From: a bacterium
GTDB lineage: Bacteria > SZUA-182 > DTGQ01 > JAFGSM01
Reading direction: 5' to 3'
Length of the DNA: 64,000 nt
Assembly: GCA_049472315.1 (NCBI GenBank)
Contig: JBLIRN010000013.1
Location: forward strand, 9,562-73,561
Positions 49,775-61,100 of this stretch are shown piece by piece. The notes under the pieces were generated by a model, which saw only the letters and a program-made list of their open reading frames with translations, had not been told where the DNA came from and did no database searches. The position numbers and the translations under genes were made by a program. Positions within the stretch are counted from its first letter, which is position 1, and the number at the start of each line of letters is the position of its first letter.

Positions 49775-50686
49775 ATGGATGAAGAGCACAAGGAAGGGAA
49801 TACCACCGAGGATCACTCCGTCAAGATAGCCGGCATTCAGATGGTGTGTCACCAGGAGACCGCCAGGAACCTGGAAAAGGCCCTCGGGCTCATCGACATG
49901 GCCGTGGAACAGGGTGCGCGGATCATATGCCTGCAGGAGTTCTTTCACACCCCCTGGTTTCCAGCCAGTGCGGACGAGGAAAATTTCAGGTTCGCCGAGG
50001 AGATATCGGGGCCCGTGGTGAGCGGCTTACGGAAGAAGGCGCGGGAAAAGGGGGTGGTGCTTGTTTCCCCCATCTTCGAGAAGGCCATGGACGGGCTCAA
50101 CTTCAGCACCACGGTGGTCATCGATGCGAATGGAAAGATTGCAGGGAAATATCGCAAGAACCACGTCCCCAACGTGCCCTGCTGGGAAGAGGGCTACTAC
50201 TGCGGCAGGGGGGATCTGGGATTTCCCGTTTTTCCCACCAGGTGGGGGGTCATAGGGGTGCAGATGTGCTGGGATAATTTTTATCCCGAGGGCTCCCGGA
50301 TCCTCGCCCTGAAAGGGGCCCAGGTCATCTTCTGCCCCACCGCGTGCGCCTTTGCCTCCCAGGGCAAATGGGAGAAGGTGATCGCGGCGAATGCCGTGAA
50401 CAACGCGGTTTTCTGTTTCCGGGTGAATCGGGTGGGAAAGGAAAACGGCCTTGATTTCTATGGACAGAGTTTTTGCGTTGATCCCGAAGGGGAGTTCATC
50501 GCAGGCCCGAGCGGCCTCACCGACGCCGTGGTCCTCGCCTCGGTGGATCTGACCAGGATAGAGGACACCCGCCGGACCTGGAATTTTTTCAAGGAACGAA
50601 GGCCTGAGATCTACGGCGAGGTTGTGGGCAGGGACTGGCTCAAGGCCTTGAACAACATGGTGACCAAGAAAAGGGGGGGGGCGTGA
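49775..50686 (+). CDS. Carbon-nitrogen hydrolase family protein (N-carbamoylputrescine amidase or nitrilase-like)
   Basis: Catalytic triad context E...K...C (the C in GVQMCWD). 303 aa. Confidence 0.8.
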   Translation: MDEEHKEGNTTEDHSVKIAGIQMVCHQETARNLEKALGLIDMAVEQGARIICLQEFFHTPWFPASADEENFRFAEEISGPVVSGLRKKAREKGVVLVSPIFEKAMDGLNFSTTVVIDANGKIAGKYRKNHVPNVPCWEEGYYCGRGDLGFPVFPTRWGVIGVQMCWDNFYPEGSRILALKGAQVIFCPTACAFASQGKWEKVIAANAVNNAVFCFRVNRVGKENGLDFYGQSFCVDPEGEFIAGPSGLTDAVVLASVDLTRIEDTRRTWNFFKERRPEIYGEVVGRDWLKALNNMVTKKRGGA

Positions 50687-51543
50687 TGGCACGTATTGGT
50701 TGGCATGTGCAAGGGTGTGCGGTCATGATACTCGCATTTCTATGTCTTTGGGCGGGAGGCAGGTGCGCTGCCCAGTATTACGGGCTCTTCGGTACAAGTC
50801 TGGGGTATTTGAATCAGCCCTCTCTCACCACGGTTCCCTTTCAATGGGGACAATCCTGGCCGTCGTCCCAGTTGGGTCAACCGTGGTCAACGCCCCAGTG
50901 GGGACAATCCTGGTCGGGGTTCGGTATGACCCCCTATTCGGATATCAGGGTACTCCCCTCACTCTCTTATGGGGGCTCCACGCAGACCAAGACGATGAAG
51001 GAGGGCGAACTGATCGTGGGGTTCAGCGGTCAGGTCAGCATCGAGCACCACACAGGCGGCCCACAGACCAACATAGCGGAGATCAACGAGCTTATCGAGC
51101 AGTTCGGGATCTATGAGATCCGCGCCTCACCCTCGGGGACATTCCATGTCCTCAAGTTCCCCGATGGTCAGGATGTGGAGGAGGTGCACCAGGCATTTTC
51201 CGGTATCACCGGGTATGTGGAGTACACCGAACCCAACTACATCACCAGAAGGGCACACTCCGGCTCCTCATCCATCACCTATCCCACTGCAGGGACCGGT
51301 TTATCCCTCTGGTCACAGGGTTCCCCGCTCCAGTCGTTCTCCCCTTCCATCACTTTTCCCTCTTACAATACGGGCACGGGCCTCGGCACCGGATGGGGGA
51401 TCCAGCCGTTTACCTACTCCCAATCCTCGTTCGGCGGATGGAACCAGTCGTTTCTGCAGCCCTCATACGGCACGTTCCGGTCGCCCTCATACAGCTCCTT
51501 CTGGCAGCCGTCGTCCGGCTCCTTCACTCGGTCCTGGTTGTAA
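50686..51543 (+). CDS. Secreted low-complexity (W/Q/S/G/Y-rich) protein with a central subtilase-propeptide (inhibitor I9-like) domain
   Basis: Signal peptide, QWGQSW repeats, a core ending ...GITGYVEYTEPNY that is typical of S8 pro-domains, and a Ser/Gly/Tyr-rich tail. Confidence 0.6.
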   Translation: MARIGWHVQGCAVMILAFLCLWAGGRCAAQYYGLFGTSLGYLNQPSLTTVPFQWGQSWPSSQLGQPWSTPQWGQSWSGFGMTPYSDIRVLPSLSYGGSTQTKTMKEGELIVGFSGQVSIEHHTGGPQTNIAEINELIEQFGIYEIRASPSGTFHVLKFPDGQDVEEVHQAFSGITGYVEYTEPNYITRRAHSGSSSITYPTAGTGLSLWSQGSPLQSFSPSITFPSYNTGTGLGTGWGIQPFTYSQSSFGGWNQSFLQPSYGTFRSPSYSSFWQPSSGSFTRSWL

Positions 51544-51579
51544 GGCAAGGGGAGACCGGCGTGCAACCCGAAACGACCT

Positions 51580-52413
51580 ATGGAGCGATTTAAGGAAGGG
51601 ACATTGGATCACACGCAACCCATCATCACGCTGACAACGGATTTCGGCATCAGCGGACCCTTCGTGGGGAGCATGAAGGGGGTCATACTGGAGATAAACC
51701 CCCGGGCACAGATCATTGACATCTCCCACGGGATTGACCCCTTCGACCTCCTGGATGCAGCCTTTCTGGTAGGCTGCGCCTATTCCTATTTCCCCTCCGG
51801 CACCATCCACTGTATCGTTGTCGATCCGGGGGTGGGGGGCGAGAGGCGGCCCATTGTCGCACTCAGCACTCGATACTCGTTCGTGGCCCCGGACAACGGT
51901 GTGCTCTCCTATATCTACGAGCAGGAATCGATCGAGCGGGTCATTCATTTGAAGGAACCCGCCTACTTTCTTCCGCGGATCAGCCGGACCTTTCACGGGA
52001 GGGATATCTTTGCCCCGGCTGCAGCCTGGCTCTCGCGCGGGATCGATCCGCAGCGCATGGGGCCTACGATAGATGACTATGTGCGCTGCGATATTCCGCG
52101 ACCGAGGGTCTCTATGAACGGCACCCGCATCCATGGTCGCGTGATTCACATCGATATATTCGGAAACCTGGTGACGAACATCCCGTTTTCCATGGTTGAA
52201 CATCGTCTGGGACCCGGGGAATCGGGATTTACTGTGACCATCAAGGATATTGTCATCGATCGCCTCTGCACGGCCTATGAGGATGCGGGGAAGGGCAAAA
52301 CCGGGGTCATCATCGGAAGCCACGGCTATATCGAGCTTTTTTCCAATCAGGATTCCCTGGCCAAGAGGGGCGGCATTGCAAAGGGTGAACCGCTCGAGGT
52401 GATCCTCGAGTGA
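51580..52413 (+). CDS. SAM hydroxide adenosyltransferase family (DUF62; fluorinase/chlorinase-like SAM hydrolase)
   Basis: IITLTTDFG ... IVVDPGVGGERRPI motifs. Confidence 0.75.
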   Translation: MERFKEGTLDHTQPIITLTTDFGISGPFVGSMKGVILEINPRAQIIDISHGIDPFDLLDAAFLVGCAYSYFPSGTIHCIVVDPGVGGERRPIVALSTRYSFVAPDNGVLSYIYEQESIERVIHLKEPAYFLPRISRTFHGRDIFAPAAAWLSRGIDPQRMGPTIDDYVRCDIPRPRVSMNGTRIHGRVIHIDIFGNLVTNIPFSMVEHRLGPGESGFTVTIKDIVIDRLCTAYEDAGKGKTGVIIGSHGYIELFSNQDSLAKRGGIAKGEPLEVILE

Positions 52414-52425
52414 GCAGGAGGAAGC

Positions 52426-53784
52426 ATGGATCGTTCATTGACGAATAAGGCCAGGGAGGTCCTGGACCGCTGCCTGAAGGGAAAGGCTACGGCAGGGGAG
52501 ATATGCCTCATGGAATCAAGAAACATTCATCTCGAGGTGGAGCGCGGTGACATAGATGTCATCAAGAATTCCCAGGACCGGCTGTTGGCGGTGCGCGTAC
52601 TCAGGGGCCATTCCCTCGGGTTTGCGTATTGCACCGATTTTTCACCCTCCTCCCTGGATATGCTGGTGGATCAGGTCATGAACTCGGCGGCAAGCACCGA
52701 TGAGGACCCCCACTATCACTTTCCTGCCTCCCGGAAGGGAACAACCCCCGTGACCATGGACGAGCGGTTGTCCTCTGTTCCCCTCACGGAGAAGTTCAAG
52801 CGATGCCAGGAGATGGAGCGGGCTGCCTACCAGACCGATTCCCGGATCAAGGTTGCGCGGCAGTTTTCCTATTCGGAGACCATCACCGACGTCTACCTGG
52901 TCAACTCCCACGGCCTCGAAGTGTCCTACGGCAAGAGTGCCTGCTCCACCTTTGCCATGGTGGTGGCCCAGGAGGGCTCGGATGCACAGATGGCATGGGA
53001 GATGGATATACAGACCTCCTATGACCGCCTGAGATGGGACGAGGTGGGCCAGGGGGCTGCGCACAAGGCCCTTGCCCTGCTCGGCGCCCGGTCAATCGGC
53101 ACCCGCAGGGCGCCGGTTATATTTTCTCCACCTGTGGGAATCAGCATCATGGGCGCCTTTTCACCTGCCTTTTTTGCCGATGCGGTTCAGAAGGGCCGTT
53201 CCCTCATGGCGGGCCGCCTGGGACAGATCGTGGCCTCCCCTGCAGTGAGCCTGGTGGATAACGGGCTCCTTGAGGGGGGCCTTGCCACCGCCCCCTATGA
53301 CGGGGAGGGGGTGCCCACGCAGAAGACGGTCATTGTGGACAAGGGGAGGCTTGCCACCTACCTCTACGACAGCTATACCGCGCATAAGGACGGGGTAGCG
53401 TCGACCGGAAACGGGGTCAGGCCCGGATCGAAGTCCCAGCCCCAGGTGGGGGCCACGAATTTCTACGTCGAAAAGGGGACATGCACCGAGGACGAGCTTC
53501 TCGCCGACATCCGGGAGGGGTTCTATGTGACGGATGTCATGGGCGCGCATACCATCAACCCGATCTCAGGTGATTACTCCCTGGGTGCCACCGGTCACTG
53601 GATCAAGGGGGGGCGGCGGGAATACCCGGTGCGGGGAGTGACCATCTCCGGAAACGTGCTGGATATGCTCACAAACATCTCCCGGTGCGCGGATAACCTC
53701 CGCTTCTACGGCCCCTTCGGCGCCCCCACCATACTGGTCTCGGGGATGATCATTGCGGGTGAGGAGACCGGTGCAGAGGGGTAA
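52426..53784 (+). CDS. TldD/PmbA-family metalloprotease
   Basis: 452 aa with PmbA_TldD N- and C-terminal domains (…GDYSLGATGHWIKGG…). Confidence 0.8.
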   Translation: MDRSLTNKAREVLDRCLKGKATAGEICLMESRNIHLEVERGDIDVIKNSQDRLLAVRVLRGHSLGFAYCTDFSPSSLDMLVDQVMNSAASTDEDPHYHFPASRKGTTPVTMDERLSSVPLTEKFKRCQEMERAAYQTDSRIKVARQFSYSETITDVYLVNSHGLEVSYGKSACSTFAMVVAQEGSDAQMAWEMDIQTSYDRLRWDEVGQGAAHKALALLGARSIGTRRAPVIFSPPVGISIMGAFSPAFFADAVQKGRSLMAGRLGQIVASPAVSLVDNGLLEGGLATAPYDGEGVPTQKTVIVDKGRLATYLYDSYTAHKDGVASTGNGVRPGSKSQPQVGATNFYVEKGTCTEDELLADIREGFYVTDVMGAHTINPISGDYSLGATGHWIKGGRREYPVRGVTISGNVLDMLTNISRCADNLRFYGPFGAPTILVSGMIIAGEETGAEG

Positions 53785-53967
53785 ACAAGATACTCGTAAT
53801 GGGTAACGCATGTTATCCTGATCATGGGATTCCCCTTCAAAGAGCCTTTTTATTGCATCACAAACAATGGTAAAAGGGTTGAGAATATACTGGCCCAGTT
53901 CTCCTCAAAAAATGCCCTTGAATCAATGAATTAAAAAAAATGATAGAAAATTTTCTAAAAAATTTTC

Positions 53968-53996
53968 TTGACAAACCTTACCTTCCTAGTTATGAT
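53968..53996 (+). promoter_or_regulatory. Consensus sigma-70 promoter (TTGACA-N17-TATGAT) with an A/T-rich UP-like element, inside the AT-rich island
   Basis: Read directly. It lies about 1.1 kb upstream of the giant protease ORF. Confidence 0.4.
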
Positions 53997-55109
53997 TAAA
54001 AAAGTTGATTTTCAGATATTACAGCGTAGCTTTTTATGATTCTCCCAGGTATAGCTGGGCGGGAACTCTGAAACTGATCCATCAGGTAAAATTTATTGCC
54101 ATTCAAAATGGCTATTCTTAAAAAATGACTCAGCTATTAGAATGGCAAAAGTCTGAATAAAAAAAGTGGGAATATTTAGAGTCATTTGAGAATCCATCCT
54201 CAACAAGGTTTTTTGTGCCTTAACCCTTTCTTTTTGCTTCTCTGAACGGTGTATTAGATATTAAATTCGAAATTGTTGTTCCAAGATAATAATTTCGGAT
54301 ATAAGATACTGATAAACTTGTTCTTTTTTCATTTCTGCAAAAGAATCTCTGGATATATTTAAACCATATTTTTAATTCAAGGCGATGATCAATACTATCG
54401 AAGTGTTCGGATTATAATGTCTAAAAAGGGCATTTATCAAAGAATTTGACAGCTTTTATATTCGATCGTTTAAAACTGCAACAAAGAATCGGTTTAATAA
54501 GATTGACCTGTTGAAAGCAAAAAGCCAAATTTTTTGAGACACTTGAACGCTAATGGGCGATGATTAAGAGCCGAAGTTGAAGATCTGGACTTTTCTACTT
54601 ATATTTTCGGGTTTGTCTGAAAAGTAAATGCCTGACGCATCAAAATCAATATGAGTCAGAAACTTAGAATATAAGATTTCCAAAAACCAAAAAGGGGGAA
54701 AATTCATTTTTCTTACGTCTATTAAATCAAGATTCAAAAAACCTTTTTTGGAAGTGGCTAGAGTTCGATCCACAGTAAAAAGTGTGCCGGTTGTTCCTCG
54801 CGTTCTATAGTGCTTAAGGGGTGAAGAAAATAAAACGGCATGAATAGATCAAAGAGCAATAATCATCGCTTTATATAGAATTGTCATAACCGGATATGTC
54901 GCCCATATCGCATCGGCCATAGACGTTATCCCACCTTATGTTTTTCCTTCCTATGGCTTTTGGCTTTAGCCAAGATTGTTCTTAACAAACAAAAAAATCA
55001 AAATTTCTTATGAAAACAATGACGCTGGTTCACTGGATACCTATATTATTTTTCTAAAAGTCCCAATTAAGTTCACATATAACTGCCAGGAGCAGAGGGA
55101 GGTTAGGTC

Positions 55110-58100
55110 ATGAAAGGTTCAGGCATAAGTAACGTAAGCGATAAAGGAAGGCTTCATGTGATTATTGTTGTTCTCTTTATGCTGATGTTATTTGTGGCTT
55201 CCGGTTTCATAGAGTGTATCCCCATGATGTTTTTTGAACGGATGTCTCTGAAGAAAACCGCCATGGCAGAAATAATGGGTTTTATGGATAATAATCCCTT
55301 GTATTCTCCTCAAGAGACCGGGCTTAAGGATGGCAAGGATGACAAGGATGGCAAGGGTGGCAGGCATGATGATGAGGATCTTTCAGTTTCACCTACCAGT
55401 CATGATTTCGGAGACGTCCAGATAGGGACAAGAGGGTCAGTAACCATAACCTTGACGAATACGGGCGATGATAGAATCAGAGTAAAAAAAATACGAATAA
55501 AAAATAAAGAATTCAGCCATAATGCGGAGATCCCATTAAGTATCCCTCCCTTTGGCAGTGTCAGTTTTGAGGCAATGTTCACCCCCGCTGATGAAGGTAT
55601 AACAACAGGTATCTTGAAGATCACCAGTGATAAGCATCATGGTCATGACCTGGAAGTAATCCTGACCGGCACGGGAATCCCATCACCGGGTGCTCGATTA
55701 GATCCTTCTCTCTTACATTTTACCTTAGAGCCGTCTGATCCTCCTGCTGATCTTCAATCCATCCTTTCTAATATAGGCAAGGGTATTTTGTCCTACCAGA
55801 TAATCTCGGTCGAGGAGACAGGCAATCCTCTCGGTATTCTTTCCGAACAAAAAATAAGTCTCAAAAGCGGGGCAAAGACCGCTCCTGTAAACACCTCACT
55901 CATCTACAGTCAAGGCAGTTACAACAACAGCTTTGCCCCCGGGCGGATAATTGTGGGGCTAAAGGACGGCGCTGAATCATTTGCCGATGCCGACCTATTA
56001 AACAATATTGGAGCCGGTTCCATGCGGGAGCTGGCCACAGCCAGAAGGCCTTGGACCGGCTCGCGGTCATACTTCGGCAGGAAGTTGTTCCTGTTATCCA
56101 TGGATAATCAAACCGAACAGGGCGTCATCGATGCCATCGCTATACTCAAGGAAGATGCCAATGTGGCCTATGTGCAGCCGGACTTCAGGGTCAGCGCCAT
56201 AGGCGTCATACCGAATGACCCCGACTTCGGCTTACTCTATGCCATGCACAATGAAGGGCAGACCGGGGGGAGCCCGGATGCGGATATCGATGCACCCGAG
56301 GCATGGGATACGCACACAGGAACAGGAAATATTCTGGTCGGTGTTATTGACACGGGGATCGACTATACCCATCCGGACCTTGTGGACAATATCTGGACGA
56401 ATCCCGGCGAGATACCGGGTAACGGGATCGATGACGACGGCAACGGGTATGTTGACGATGTGTATGGCTGGGATTTCTGCAACGATGACAACGATCCGTG
56501 GGATGACCATGGTCACGGCACCCATTGTGCCGGAACAATAGCCGCGACAGGGAATAACGGCATAGGCGTGGTCGGCGTATCATGGAAGGCCGGGCTGGTC
56601 GCCCTGAAGTGTTTGGATTGGAGCGGATCGGGATGGACTTCGGATGCGGTTGATGCAGTGGCCTATGCCAACGCCATGGGGATTCCGGTCACCAGCAACA
56701 GCTGGGGTGGTGGCCCTTATGATCAGGCACTGAAGGACGTGATCGACGCTGCCGGCAGCCTTGGCTACCTGTTTGTTGCCGCGGCGGGAAACAGTGGGAT
56801 GAACAATGATGTGCTTCCCGATTATCCATCCGGTTATGATTGTGAAAACATCATAGCCGTTGCTGCCACGGACCATAATGACCAACTCGCCTCTTTTTCC
56901 AATTACGGTCCGATCACGGTGGATCTGGGCGCACCCGGGGTTGATATCTATAGCTGTCTGCCTTTAGAAGGCTATGCGTACAAATCGGGCACCTCCATGG
57001 CAGCGCCGCATGTCGCCGGTGCAGCGGCCCTGGTATGGAGCCACAATCCCGGTTTATCGGGTGCGCAGGTAAAGGCTGCAATACTGGAGGGTGTGGATGT
57101 CGTGCCCTCCCTTACGGGGATGGTCCTGAGTGAAGGAAGGCTCAATGTGAACCAGGCGCTCGAGAAGACAGGATTGCCCTGGCTTTGGGCCGCGCCCGTG
57201 GAGCCGGGCACATTGAATCCCGGTGCAGGACAACCGATCACGGTAACCGTCGATCCCGAGGGACTGGTTGCCGGGCAGTGGACCGGGCTGATTACCCTTT
57301 CGACCAATGATCCTGTAAATCCCACGCCGACCATCGAGGTCATAGCGGATATAAGCGGATGCCGGACCCTTTCGGTCTCACCCGATTTCCATGATTTCGG
57401 CGAGGTCTGGGTCGGTGGGGACTCATCGGTGACCATAACCTTGAAAAACGGCTGTAACGACAGGACCACGGTGAGTGCGATTACGACGGACAAAGGGGTG
57501 TTCGGCCACGATGCGGTTCTGCCTCTGGAGGTCCCGCCCTTCGGCAGTGTCAGCTTTGAGGCGACGTTCGCTCCCGTGGATGAAGGTCCGGCAAAAGGCA
57601 TCATGACGATCACCAGCGATGCGCAGGATAATCCTTTGCTTGAGGTGATCCTCTCCGGCACAGGTTTATTTCCTCCGGAGATCGAAATTGACCCGGAGAG
57701 TTTCTCGGAGGTCCTGGACCTTGGAGATCGCGTGACCAGGACACTGACGATTACGAACAGCGGCGGAGACGATCTGATATTTGATATTTCGATTGAAGGT
57801 GTGGAAGGTCTGAGTGTGAAGGTGGAGGATGTTGTTTCTTCTCAACCATCCAAGGCATTCATATCTTCTGATGTGAGGCCGGGATTTCGATACGAGAATA
57901 ACTCTACACCCGGATATCAGTATAACGTTAATGATCTGCACAACAGCAACCTTGGGATAAGGCTGGATCGCGTCATAAACGTCCTGGTCATGTCACCGGT
58001 GAGCGATTATGATTGGGTGGCTGAAAATTTTGGTGCCAATATGACGGATGTGACCTTTGAAACATACGACATAGGCTATGACGTACCGGATTTGGAATAT

Positions 58101-61100
58101 CTTCAAGCCTTTGATGTGGTCTTGATGTTTAGAAATTTTCCCGCTGAAAATTCTCCCGGAGTTGGTGATCGGCTGTACGAGTACGTGATGTCAGGCGGCA
58201 ATCTGGTGATGGGGAATTTCTATTGGATGGAGCGGGATTGGGGCATGGGGTGGGGTGCCTTGGAAACGATCGATCCGGTTTATGAAGGAGCCTGTGACGG
58301 CTCGTATGCCAAGTTGGATACGAAGAGCATCATCCCCCATCCTTTAACCACTGGACTCACCGAATTGGGCTGTATAGGGCGTGGCGGGCCTGTGACCGTG
58401 CGCGATGGTGCGACGGCTGTGGCCTGGTGGACGGACGGTGATCCCCTGCTCGTGTTTAACGAGCCGGCTGGTCGAATTACGGCTGTCACCGTATTTCCGG
58501 CAGCCCCTTTTTATGAACCGGTTGTGGGGGATTTCTACCTGCTGTGGGAAAATGCACTCAAGTGGACCGCCGAAGGAGGAAAGAGGTGGCTATCGGTGGA
58601 TCTATCATCGGGCAGAATACCGGCAGGCATGTCCCTGGCCATAGAGGTGAGCTTTGATGCCATGGATATGGTTGCAGATACGTATCTTGGCAACCTGAAC
58701 ATCAGCCACAATGCACTCAATGCGACCGATCCCCTATCCGTTCCCTGCACGATGGTTGTCAATGCAGTAAAACACCTCGATGTCTCACCTGCAGTACACG
58801 ACTTTGGAAAAGTCTGGACAGGGACAAACGGCTCCGTAACCCTGACCCTGACGAATTCGGGCAATGGTGCAACCACGGTACGAGGCATTGCAATAGACAA
58901 CCTGGCGTTCGGACACGATGCAGTTCTGCCCCTGGAGGTTCCGCCGTTTGGCAGTGCCGGCGTTGAGGCGACCTTTGCTCCTCTGGATGATGGTCCGGCA
59001 ACAGGTATCATGACGATCACCAGTGATGCAGCGGACAATCCTTCGCTTACGGTGACCCTTTCCGGCACAGGTGTTCTTCCTCCGGAGATCCGGGTTACTC
59101 CGGAGGGTTTCTCGGAGGTCCTTGATCCCGGGGATAGTGCCGTAAGGACGCTGACGATTACGAACATCGGCGGGGAGGATCTGGAATTTGGTATGAATAT
59201 TGAGATGCTGGGTGCGCCTGAAGCGTTGTCGGCGGATGCAGGGATAGTGAACATCCTTGTCTGGAACAAGTATTCGGATAACTCTCCAACCGGGGAATAT
59301 GTAAATACCCTGAATGCCATTGCAGCCTATTGTACGGATTTCACGGCTGAGCCCACTGATGTGACCGATCCTATTGCATTACAGGCATTATTGACGGGTA
59401 AGGAGGTCTTTTTGATTCCCGAGCAAGAGCGGGCCTTGCCTGACATTACGACGATCGGCGCGTCGTGGGCGCCGGTGCTTTCCGATTTTGTGTCCTCGGG
59501 CGGAACGGTGATTTTTTGCGGGGAGTTCTGGGCCAGTAATGGGTTCATCACGAGTACAGGACTAATGGAAGTGGCGTTAGTACGTACATCGATAAATGTC
59601 CCATTAACCGTAGTTGCCCCGGATCATCCATTGGCGGAGGATGTGCCGGGAAGCCTCAGGGGAGAGAATGCCACAGGATGGTATGATGTCAGGACACCGG
59701 ACGCGGACGTGGTTGTTGTGGAAAGTGCCTCATATTACCCTGTTGTTGCATCAAGGGGCCTTGGCTCGGGAAATGTGGTGTTATTGGGCTTCGATTATTA
59801 TTTATACAATAACGATATGGCACGCATCATTGCCAATGCCGTCCAGTTCGGCCCGACATGGCTCTCGGTCAAACCCGTATCAGGCATCGTTCCACCGGGA
59901 TTGTCGATAGAAATAGCCGTGAGCTTTGATGCCAGGGATATGGTGGCAGATACGTATCTCGCCAACCTGAACATCAGCCACAATGCACTCAATGCGCCCG
60001 ATCCCATATCCGTTCCCTGCATGATGGGTGTCAATGCAATGAAACTTCTCGATGTCACACCTGATAGCCATGATTTTGGAAACGTTTTTGTGGAAGAAAC
60101 CGAATCCGTAATCCTCACCCTGACGAATTCGGGCAATGATACGTGCACGGTAAGCGCCATTGAAATAGACAATCCGGTCTTCACCCACGATGCCATGATA
60201 CCCCTGGAGGTCCCGGCCTTTGGCAGTGTCAGCTTTGAGGCAACGTTCGCTCCTGAGGATAAAGGCCCGGCAACAGGCATCATGACGATCACCAGCGATG
60301 CGGATGATAATCCGTCAATTGAGGTGACCCTTTCCGGGACAGGTGTTTTCCCTGCGTTAATCGAAATTACCCCGGAGATACTCTCAGAGGTTTTGGATCT
60401 TGGAGATATTGTCACCAGGACACTCACTATTACAAATAGTGGTGGCATTGATCTGGAGTTTGCTATCAGTGGGCCCACCATAGAAAGTATGGCGGGCGTC
60501 GAGCCATACACGTATGATTCAAGCCATTATGAAAGGATTCCCAAAGGTTCGGAAGACCCGCGTATAGGGCAGATAGTTCCGTATGATATGGGTGGCCCGG
60601 ATGTCTTTGGATATAGATGGGTCGATTCCGACGAGCCGGGTGGCCCTGTGTTTGAATGGATTGATATCGTTGATCCGGCCAACTGGCTCTACATTTCGGA
60701 TGCTGATGATGATTATCAGGAACTGCCGCTCAGCTTCCCGTTCAGCTTTTACGGGGTTGAATATACCAGCATCTTTGTGGGGAGCAACGGGTATATAACC
60801 TTTGACCAGGGAAGCTACGAATGCTCTCATTCCCCGATTCCTTCACCTTACATGCCCGCCATGGTTGCAGGATTCTGGAGCGATCTTTATCCAGGGGTAT
60901 TGGGGGACATCTACTTTAAGGATCTTGGCGACAGGGCGATCGTTCAATTTGAAAATGTGATGCATATCAGCGGCATGGGCATATATACCTTTCAAATGGT
61001 GCTTCATGCTCATGGCACCATCAATCTCTATTATAAGGAGATGATGGGCGACGCATCCTTCTCAACCGTAGGTATCCAGGATGAATGGGGAGCTGACGGG

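Noticed and set aside
47054-49948. Long minus-strand ORFs (574 aa and 369 aa)
   Set aside because: They are antisense to secA, which is an unambiguous full-length match. Their composition is biased (L/H/G/V/D-rich) as expected for the mirror frame.
54564-54773. 69-aa minus-strand ORF in the AT-rich island
   Set aside because: It is a low-complexity AT-rich translation with no Shine-Dalgarno sequence, probably a chance ORF in 33% GC DNA. It could be a gene remnant.
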